DNA of 64,000 bases from an uncultured Bacteroidales bacterium (lineage in GTDB: Bacteria; Bacteroidota; Bacteroidia; Bacteroidales; UBA932), in NCBI GenBank assembly GCA_944325965.1, contig CALVCB010000001.1, positions 3,732 through 67,731 of the forward strand. Reading direction: 5' to 3'. Both the position numbers and the translations under genes were made by a program. Shown in pieces: positions 39,517 through 46,808 of the stretch. The notes beneath the pieces are model-generated. The model was not told where the DNA came from, searched no databases, and saw nothing but the letters and a program-made list of their open reading frames with translations. Within the stretch, counting starts at the first letter, position 1, and the number at the start of each line of letters is the position of its first letter.

Positions 39517-40665
39517 ATGAAAAAGATATTGACAATCGCATTGGCCGCTGTTCTGTCTGCTTCTTTTGTATACGGTCAGGACAGCAAGCGTGACGGCAAG
39601 GCCGATGACTTCAGCGGACACTGGTTCATCCAGGCCCAGGGAGGCATCGGGTATACGGTAGGCGAAACGAAATTCGGGGATCTCATATCTCCTGCTGCGA
39701 CTTTCTCGTTCGGCTATCAGTTCACTCCGGTGTGGAGTCTGCGTGCCGGAATAGGCGGATGGCAGGCCAAGGGTGCCCTTACAGGACCTACCCAGGTGTA
39801 CAAGTACAACTTCCTTCAGGGGAATGTTGACGTGATGGTGGACATCTGCAGTATATTTTCCGGGTACAGGATGAGCAGGGCCGTAAGCCCTTACCTTTTT
39901 GCCGGAGTGGGTGTTAACGGTGCGTTCAACAACAAGGAGGCCAATTCACTGGCCGCCGCTTTTCCTGCAGACAACCTTATGTGGGACGGAAGCAAGGTCT
40001 TCCCGGCCGGCAGGTTCGGAGTCGGTACCGGCATCCGGATTACATATGCGGTGCAGTTCAATGTCGAAGTCAACGGCAATTTCCTGTCCGATCGTTTCAA
40101 TTCAAAACGCGGAAGCGCAGTGGACTGGCAGCTTGGTGCCCAGGCCGGCTTTACCTTCAAGATCGGCTTGAAGAAAAATCGCAGACAGGCCTCTGCTCCT
40201 GCGTCTGAGCCGTATGTCGCCCCAGCCCCTGCTCCTGAGCAGAAGCCTGCTCCGCAGCCGGAACCAAAACCTGAAAAGAAGGAACAGGTAAAGGAGCCTG
40301 TTGCTGCGGCCCCGGCAGAGGAACCTCAGGTGAAGGAGTTCAAGGACAATGTATATTTCCGCATAGGCAAGTATGAGATCAGCAGCACTGAAGCCAAGAA
40401 GATAGGTGCCATAGCGGATCTGCTCAAGGACAATCCGTCTGCGAAAGTAAGCCTTACAGGTTATGCTGACGCCCAGACCGGAACCCCTGAAAGGAACTGG
40501 TATCTGTCTCAGAAGCGTGCCGAGGCGGTGGCTGCCGTGCTTGAGAAAGCGGGGATATCCTCGGAGAGGATCACTGTTTCTTACAAGGGTTCGACCGAAG
40601 CTCCGTATGATCTCCCTGAGAAGAACAGGGTGGTCATCTGTGTCGTAAACGGCGGACAGAAATAA
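39517..40665 (+). CDS. OmpA family outer membrane protein
   Basis: Signal peptide, N-terminal beta-barrel, Pro/Ala-rich linker and C-terminal OmpA domain (VYFRIGK, GYAD, LSQKRAEAV, NRVV). Confidence 0.93.
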   Translation: MKKILTIALAAVLSASFVYGQDSKRDGKADDFSGHWFIQAQGGIGYTVGETKFGDLISPAATFSFGYQFTPVWSLRAGIGGWQAKGALTGPTQVYKYNFLQGNVDVMVDICSIFSGYRMSRAVSPYLFAGVGVNGAFNNKEANSLAAAFPADNLMWDGSKVFPAGRFGVGTGIRITYAVQFNVEVNGNFLSDRFNSKRGSAVDWQLGAQAGFTFKIGLKKNRRQASAPASEPYVAPAPAPEQKPAPQPEPKPEKKEQVKEPVAAAPAEEPQVKEFKDNVYFRIGKYEISSTEAKKIGAIADLLKDNPSAKVSLTGYADAQTGTPERNWYLSQKRAEAVAAVLEKAGISSERITVSYKGSTEAPYDLPEKNRVVICVVNGGQK

Positions 40666-40798
40666 TCAGTCATACGCGTCGTGAAGATGCGTTTCACGTC
40701 TCAGGCATTTCTTAAAATTTCTCTACAACATATACACACCAATATCTTACAGTAATGCCTGAGACTTTTTATTGACAAATAATTAACTTATTACTGAT

Positions 40799-41440
40799 AT
40801 GAAGAAAATTTTATTGGCTCTTTTCGTAGCCGCTGGTGTTTCTGTGGCTGTATCTGCGCAGGACAAAGGTGATATGTACATTTCCGGAAACTTTACCATT
40901 GAGAGCGGAAGTACACGGAATACTGTCGGGAATGTTGTGACGAAGACTCCTGCCACGATGTCTTTCGGCATTGCCCCTCAGTTCGGGTATTTCGTCATTG
41001 ACCGTCTGGAGGTGAACTTTTCTCTCGGTTTTACACACAGCAGGTATAACAACGGTACTGATGAAGATGACAACCCACTTTTCAGAAAGACTAACGTGTT
41101 TGCGATTACCCCTGGCGTAAGGTACTATGTCCCTCTCGGAGAGAAGTTCTGGTATACCCCTGGTTTTGATCTGAGTGTGGGTTTCGGCGGTAACAGCCGT
41201 GATATAGACAAGCAGACTGTCGTCAAGGGAGGCGTCACACAGTTCGGGCTCAACCTTTCTGCGGTGGCCTTTGAATTCAGGCCGGCAGAACATTTCGGTA
41301 TCACTTTAAGGGCCGGAGGCCTGAGCTATAGCATGGACCGTTCTACATCAAAGGGATCCACCAAAACTTCCTCTGTTGACAATGATTTCAGCTTCAGCAT
41401 CAATACAGGGGCAAGCATAGGCTTCAAATATTATTTCTAA
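40799..41440 (+). CDS. Small outer-membrane beta-barrel protein
   Basis: Signal peptide, amphipathic strands (PQFGYFV, PGVRYY) and a C-terminal GFKYYF BAM signal. Confidence 0.85.
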   Translation: MKKILLALFVAAGVSVAVSAQDKGDMYISGNFTIESGSTRNTVGNVVTKTPATMSFGIAPQFGYFVIDRLEVNFSLGFTHSRYNNGTDEDDNPLFRKTNVFAITPGVRYYVPLGEKFWYTPGFDLSVGFGGNSRDIDKQTVVKGGVTQFGLNLSAVAFEFRPAEHFGITLRAGGLSYSMDRSTSKGSTKTSSVDNDFSFSINTGASIGFKYYF

Positions 41441-41455
41441 AAAACTGGAGAGTGC

Positions 41456-41500
41456 AATGAATGTAGTCATACCGGAATTTCCGGTATGACTACATTCATT
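41456..41500. repeat. 45-bp perfect palindrome (22-bp arms, 1-nt centre)
   Basis: AATGAATGTAGTCATACCGGAA-T-TTCCGGTATGACTACATTCATT. Confidence 0.9.
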
Positions 41501-41529
41501 AAACACGGACTTGAAATATGATTCCGGGT

Positions 41530-42501
41530 ATGAACCGTAATACTTTTTGTGGAATTCTTGTTTTTTTTGCTGCACTGGTTGTATCCTTCAGTGCCCGGGC
41601 CGCATCCTACAGGGTGGCCGTAGGGGAGACTCTGACACTGGATGTGCCATCTGTAAGCATCGGCTATGTGGATAAGGCCATATGGGCCTGTGCAAATCCG
41701 GCTGTCGAATTCGTAAGCAAGTCGACGGTTTCTGCTACAGTCAGGGTCACTGCGCCTTTTGAGGGATATGCTGTGGTGGAGCTGGTCTATGTCGAGAAAT
41801 ATGTGGACGGCAGGGGATTCACCCGTGCGAACACCTATACTGAGGATTTTTACGTGAGCTGTTTCACAGGTTCTTCCGGTGGGGGACAGGCTGCGGCCAC
41901 TTCCATTTCGGTGGAGCCTGAAATAGAGGTGGCGATAGGGAATACGGCTGAAATAGGTTATGAGCTGTATCCCGAAGGAAGTACAGCGGATGTCTTTGTC
42001 AGCCTTTATCCGGGGACATATTTCAACAGTGTTTCTGTAAATACCCGCGAGAACTCCATCGAGGGTATTGCCAGGTCGGCGGGCATCGAAACCGTAACTG
42101 TCTATTTCAGGGATGAAAATGGAGATAAGGTCTCGTCGGACTGCAAAGTCACTGTCTTTGACCCTACATGGGTCGCTCCCGAAAGCATGAGCGTAAAGCC
42201 TGTGTTGCTGATGGCTAAAGGTACGAGGACAAGGATATTGCCAGTATTGTCTCCGAGAAAGGCCACAACGCTTTATACATGGGAATCTGACAATATGTCT
42301 GTAGCATATGATACAGGAGGAGGGGAGATTTTCGCAAAGGACTGTGGTTCCGCAAATATTACGGTCAGGACTGCAAACGGTCTTACCGCGAAATGCAATG
42401 TGATTGTCGTTGACGAGCTTCCGGATATTCCGGGCTTTTCCTCCGCGTTGGACAGGGCAGCAGATATGATTTCGGTGACAGAAACAGATGTAATAAGGTA
42501 G
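41530..42501 (+). CDS. Secreted protein with bacterial Ig-like (Big_2) domains
   Basis: Signal peptide, WESDNMSVA...GSANITVRTANGLTAKCNVIV Big_2-like motif and a second similar repeat. Confidence 0.7.
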   Translation: MNRNTFCGILVFFAALVVSFSARAASYRVAVGETLTLDVPSVSIGYVDKAIWACANPAVEFVSKSTVSATVRVTAPFEGYAVVELVYVEKYVDGRGFTRANTYTEDFYVSCFTGSSGGGQAAATSISVEPEIEVAIGNTAEIGYELYPEGSTADVFVSLYPGTYFNSVSVNTRENSIEGIARSAGIETVTVYFRDENGDKVSSDCKVTVFDPTWVAPESMSVKPVLLMAKGTRTRILPVLSPRKATTLYTWESDNMSVAYDTGGGEIFAKDCGSANITVRTANGLTAKCNVIVVDELPDIPGFSSALDRAADMISVTETDVIR

Positions 42502-42505
42502 AGAA

Positions 42506-43603
42506 ATGAAATACTTATCACATATACACACGGCCTTTTCCGTGTTGGCCCTTTTATGGGTGGTTTCATGCAGCGAGAAGGGCGGGTTCCCGGCAGATGT
42601 ACCGGGCGATTCTGGCATTCCGGTCAGGTTTGTTCCTGCTCTGGACTGGGGCGCGTCTAAGGAAAGTGTCATGGCTTCCCAGGACGGCAGGTATCTGCTG
42701 GAGATTTCTTCAGATACCCTGTTGCGGTATGCGGATGAGACAGACCATGTGACAGTGGATTATAAGTTCATGGAAGGAAAGCTCGTCTGCTCGTCTCTGA
42801 CCCAGCGCAAGCTGTCTTCACTGGCGGATGCCGCATCAGTCTGGCTTGCCGGGTATGACAGGCAGCTCGAGTCGGAAACTGCCACGGTGTGTACTTCGCC
42901 TGACAGGTCTTCCCTTGCATACGGACGTCTGCTCCGGGGCAGTGACTGCAGCTATGTCTCTGTGGCATGGACCTATCTCGATCAGGAGGAAGGCAATCTG
43001 CCTGACGGGCCTGATTTTTCAGCATCCGGCAGGGAGAACGGCTATGATTATGTCGACCTGGGGACAGGTGTAGGATGGGCCACATGCAACCTTATGGCCT
43101 CCTCCCCGGATCAGCCTGGTAGCTATTACATGTGGGGCGAGACTTATGCCCGTTCGCAGTGCTGGTGGTCGAATTATTCATTGTATCATGGGAGCGGGAG
43201 CTATCTTGACGAGGATGCATTCTCTACTCCGTCCCAGGATATATCCGGGTCTTCCTATGATGCCGTATCAAAGAATATGGGCGGCGGATGGAGGATGCCT
43301 GACAGGTCGGAGTTCTATGCCCTGATAAACAACTGCAGCCTTGAGGTCGGGGAGTACAACGGCACCGCCGGCTTTATCGTGACCGGACCTTCCGGCAAGA
43401 GCATCTTCCTCCCGGCCTCGGGACGGAAGAAGAAAGATGAGGTTGACCTTACTAATACGGTATACCTGTGGAGCAGTACGGCGAGTGGCACGAGTAATGC
43501 CTATTACCTTGACTATAAGACCAAGAACCTGGATGCCAGCGGGATAAAGACTATGGGCAGGTACTATGGCATGCCGATGCGGGGTGTGGTAGACCTGCAA
43601 TAG
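42506..43603 (+). CDS. Lipoprotein with C-terminal VDLG/WATCN (DUF1566/FISUMP-like) domain
   Basis: Lipobox VVSC, plus YVDLGTGVGWATCN, YYMWGE, WRMP, GPSGKSIFLPASG and YLWSST motifs. Confidence 0.75.
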   Translation: MKYLSHIHTAFSVLALLWVVSCSEKGGFPADVPGDSGIPVRFVPALDWGASKESVMASQDGRYLLEISSDTLLRYADETDHVTVDYKFMEGKLVCSSLTQRKLSSLADAASVWLAGYDRQLESETATVCTSPDRSSLAYGRLLRGSDCSYVSVAWTYLDQEEGNLPDGPDFSASGRENGYDYVDLGTGVGWATCNLMASSPDQPGSYYMWGETYARSQCWWSNYSLYHGSGSYLDEDAFSTPSQDISGSSYDAVSKNMGGGWRMPDRSEFYALINNCSLEVGEYNGTAGFIVTGPSGKSIFLPASGRKKKDEVDLTNTVYLWSSTASGTSNAYYLDYKTKNLDASGIKTMGRYYGMPMRGVVDLQ

Positions 43604-43667
43604 CCCTTCCGGCGCGTTATATAGATCATAAGGAATATTCCTTATATTTTTTCAAAATGCTGTATTA

Positions 43668-43713
43668 AAAAACTGTTTTGAAATTTATATCATTAAATTT
43701 CAAAACAGTTTTT
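43668..43713. repeat. AT-rich perfect inverted repeat (20-bp arms, 6-nt loop)
   Basis: AAAAACTGTTTTGAAATTTA-tatcat-TAAATTTCAAAACAGTTTTT. An 18-bp palindrome ATAAGGAATATTCCTTAT lies at 43628-43645. Confidence 0.85.
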
Positions 43714-43742
43714 AAAAAAGGGGACGGAAAGTCCCCTTTTTT
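43714..43742. terminator. Bidirectional intrinsic terminator between convergent genes
   Basis: AAAAAA-GGGGAC-ggaaa-GTCCCC-TTTTTT. Confidence 0.85.
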
Positions 43743-43759
43743 ACTTGACGGATCTGCTT

Positions 43760-44794
43760 TTATTCAACAAATCTGCACCACCCGAACGGGTCCTCGATCT
43801 CCCCGTACTGGATCCCGGTGATGAACTTGTACAGTCTCAGGCTTTTGGGCCCGCAGGTGTCCGGAGTCCCGAATATGTACGATGTGGTCTGGTTCGACTC
43901 AAGGAAGGGCTTGTCGTCTATCTGGTAAACCGGAGTTATTACTACGGCTGTACCGCACTCACCGGCCTCTTCAAATCCTGAAAGTTCCTCTACAGCAACA
44001 GGCCTGCGCTCGACTTCCATGCCGAGATACTTTGCCGCCTGCTCGAGTGACTTGTTGGTGATGGACGGCAGTATACTGTCGGATTTTGGGGTGATGTATG
44101 TGTTGCCCTTGATTGCAAAGAAGTTTGATGAATTGAATTCATCTATGAATGTCTTTGTCGCGGGGTCAAGATAAAGGACTGCCTTGTAGCCCTGGCTGAT
44201 GGCGATATTGAATGAACAGAGTGATGCCGCATAGTTGCCTCCGAGCTTGTAGCATCCGCATCCGTTCGGGGCTGCCCTGTCGTAGTTCCTGGCTATCACT
44301 ACCTTTATAGGCTCGAGATTTCCTCCGGTATAGGCTCCTACCGGTGAACACAGCATCATGAATATGCATTCTTTCGAGGACCTTACACCGAGCTGCGGGT
44401 TGGATCCCACCAGGGTCGGCCTCAGATACAGTGATGCTCCGGTCCCGTATGGAGGCAGGAAGTCTTCGTTTTCCCTTACCGCCCTTTCGCACATTTCTAT
44501 GAAAAGTTCTTCAGGAGGCGGAGCTATTCCCAGGAATTTAGCTGAGCGCTGGAGCCTCGCTGCGTTTTCCTCAGGCCTGAATATCCTGATTCTCCCGTCT
44601 TTGCCCCTGAATGCCTTCAGTCCTTCGAAACATTCTATGCTGTAGTGCAGTCCCCCTGCAAATGAACTCAGGACGATGTTGTCATCCGTGCGGCTCTCTA
44701 TTTCACTCCAGTGTCCGTCCCGGAACGAGCAGCACAGCATGGTGTTCGTCTTTGTATAAGAGAATGTCAGTTTACTCCAGTCGATATTTGCCAT
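43760..44794 (-). CDS. ilvE: Branched-chain amino acid aminotransferase
   Basis: FEGLKAFR, LYLRP, KLGGNYAAS (PLP lysine), ILPSIT and GTAVVITP motifs. Confidence 0.95.
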   Translation of the reverse strand: MANIDWSKLTFSYTKTNTMLCCSFRDGHWSEIESRTDDNIVLSSFAGGLHYSIECFEGLKAFRGKDGRIRIFRPEENAARLQRSAKFLGIAPPPEELFIEMCERAVRENEDFLPPYGTGASLYLRPTLVGSNPQLGVRSSKECIFMMLCSPVGAYTGGNLEPIKVVIARNYDRAAPNGCGCYKLGGNYAASLCSFNIAISQGYKAVLYLDPATKTFIDEFNSSNFFAIKGNTYITPKSDSILPSITNKSLEQAAKYLGMEVERRPVAVEELSGFEEAGECGTAVVITPVYQIDDKPFLESNQTTSYIFGTPDTCGPKSLRLYKFITGIQYGEIEDPFGWCRFVE

Positions 44795-44811
44795 GATACT
44801 TAACTTTATGT

Positions 44812-46071
44812 TTATATGAGAATTTCAAACAGCTTGTTGTTCTCGTTTATGTATTCGTAGTTGATGTTGTTTGCTTTCATCCTGTTGATCAGGGCCTGAT
44901 AGTCCTCTTTGCTTGCAACTTCTATTCCTATCAGGGCCGGGCCCTCTTCCTTGTTCGTCTTTTTGATGTACTGGATATGTACCAGGTCGTCGGTCGGCCC
45001 GATAACATCGCGTATGAAGGAAAGTATCGCTCCGGAGCGTTGTGGGAATGTCACTATGAAATAGTGCTTGAGGCCTTCATAGAGCATCGATTTCTCCCGG
45101 ATTTCTTCCGTCCGTGTTATATCGTTGTTGCTTCCGCTGATGATGCATCCGACCCTCTTGCCTTTGATCTTGTCGGCATAGAAGCGCAGTGCGGCTACGG
45201 AGAGCGCCCCTGCCGGTTCGACGACTATTGCACTCTTGTTGTACATGTCTATGATGCTTGTGCAGACCGCGCCTTCGGGAACGGCAATTATGTCGTCGAG
45301 TATTTTCCTGCATATCCTGAATGTGTACTCTCCGGGCTTTTTGACTGCGGCCCCGTCTACGAACTTGTCAATTGACGGAAGGTCCACGACCTCACCTTTC
45401 TCTATCGACGCTTTCATGGATGCGGCCCCTGCCGGCTCCACGCCTATGATTTTTGTCTGAGGCCATACCTGGCGTATGAATGCCCCGACCCCGGAGGCCA
45501 GCCCGCCTCCGCCGATAGGGATGAAGATATAGTCGAGCGGGGTCTTGAGCTGCGTGGAGATTTCATAGCCTATGGTTCCCTGGCCTTCGATGATTTTCTT
45601 GTGGTCGAAAGGGGGAATGAATGTCTTGCCGCTTTTTTTTGCATATTCAATGGCTGCTGTATTCGCGGCATCGAAAGTGTCCCCGGTAAGGACTATGTCG
45701 ATGTTGCCTTTCCCGAACATCTTCACCTGCTCGATTTTCTGTCTTGGGGTAGTTGTCGGCATGTAGATGGATCCCATGATGTTCAGCTTGTGGCATGAGA
45801 AAGCCACTCCCTGGGCATGGTTCCCGGCGCTTGCACATACGACGCCGTATTTCAATACCTCGGGGGAAAGGGACTTTATCATGTTGTATGCCCCCCTTAT
45901 CTTGTATGAACGGACCATCTGGAGGTCTTCCCTTTTCAGGAAGATGTTCGCTTCATATTTTTCGGAAAGTCCCGAGTTCCTCATCAGAGGTGTCAGTTCC
46001 AGAATTTCACTGAGTGTCTCTTCCGCTGACTCGATGTCGGCGACGGACGGGAAATATTCTTCGGTTTCCAT
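44812..46071 (-). CDS. ilvA: Threonine ammonia-lyase, biosynthetic short form
   Basis: KREDLQMVRSYKIRGA, SAGNHAQG, IGGGGL, EPAGAL and one C-terminal ACT-like domain. A -7 box lies at 46104-46111. Confidence 0.95.
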   Translation of the reverse strand: METEEYFPSVADIESAEETLSEILELTPLMRNSGLSEKYEANIFLKREDLQMVRSYKIRGAYNMIKSLSPEVLKYGVVCASAGNHAQGVAFSCHKLNIMGSIYMPTTTPRQKIEQVKMFGKGNIDIVLTGDTFDAANTAAIEYAKKSGKTFIPPFDHKKIIEGQGTIGYEISTQLKTPLDYIFIPIGGGGLASGVGAFIRQVWPQTKIIGVEPAGAASMKASIEKGEVVDLPSIDKFVDGAAVKKPGEYTFRICRKILDDIIAVPEGAVCTSIIDMYNKSAIVVEPAGALSVAALRFYADKIKGKRVGCIISGSNNDITRTEEIREKSMLYEGLKHYFIVTFPQRSGAILSFIRDVIGPTDDLVHIQYIKKTNKEEGPALIGIEVASKEDYQALINRMKANNINYEYINENNKLFEILI

Positions 46072-46145
46072 TACAATTCCTGTGTTAATAATCAATATTG
46101 GTCCAAAATTATAACTAAAATAGGGAAAATCCTAATTAATCGTGA

Positions 46146-46808
46146 TTAATCCATCAGTATCAGCGCTATCGACTTATGGCTGAATTCCAGTCTTGCCACA
46201 TCTTCGGATGCAATGTTGAGTGTCGCTTTCCAGAGGTTGTCGAACACGACCCCTCCGGTTGGCCATTCAAGTCCGGATGATTTGATGGTGAGGCTGTTGT
46301 CAGGAGATATTATGGATACTTTCCTGCCTTTACCGCAGTGCAGCTCTACAGTGTCTGTTATTGCGAAGGCTACCCCGTAGTCGTACACTGAATCCACCCG
46401 TATCCCCATTGAATCCAGGTCATATTCCCTTGCGTATTCCATGAGCAGGGACAGGTTGCCGATAGTGTGTTCGGCCCTTTTGCCTACTGCGCCGATGATA
46501 TGTATTTCCGATACATCCTTGAATTTCGAGACAACCAGCCTGAAAGCCTTGGTCTGGTCGTTCGTCTCCTGGTCGGGATCATGTATTATTATGTCGCTGT
46601 AGCTTTTGCGGTAGGACTTCCCGAGCGAGTCCATATCTCCGATCACCGCATCCGGCCTGCGCTCTTTCCCGAAGATGGCATGGCAGTGTTTCAGATATGT
46701 CTGAAGGGCGGCGTCACAGCAGATGATATAACCGGCCTCTCTGATAAGGTAGCGGGGATATTCTTTCCTGGGAAAATCCCCGTTGCAGATGATTACTGCG
46801 CTTTTCAT
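46146..46808 (-). CDS. thiN: Thiamine diphosphokinase
   Basis: NGDFP, CCDAA, IGDMDS, DQETNDQTKA, GKRAEHTIGN and GLEWP motifs. ATGA overlap with the upstream gene. Confidence 0.85.
   Translation of the reverse strand: MKSAVIICNGDFPRKEYPRYLIREAGYIICCDAALQTYLKHCHAIFGKERRPDAVIGDMDSLGKSYRKSYSDIIIHDPDQETNDQTKAFRLVVSKFKDVSEIHIIGAVGKRAEHTIGNLSLLMEYAREYDLDSMGIRVDSVYDYGVAFAITDTVELHCGKGRKVSIISPDNSLTIKSSGLEWPTGGVVFDNLWKATLNIASEDVARLEFSHKSIALILMD

Noticed and set aside
41467-42672. 401-aa minus-strand ORF
   Set aside because: Antisense shadow of the Ig-like gene, with no recognisable motifs.
34844-43603. Prophage, ICE or true integron around the recombinase
   Set aside because: No phage, relaxase or conjugation genes, no integron-integrase features recognised, and the hairpins share no attC consensus.
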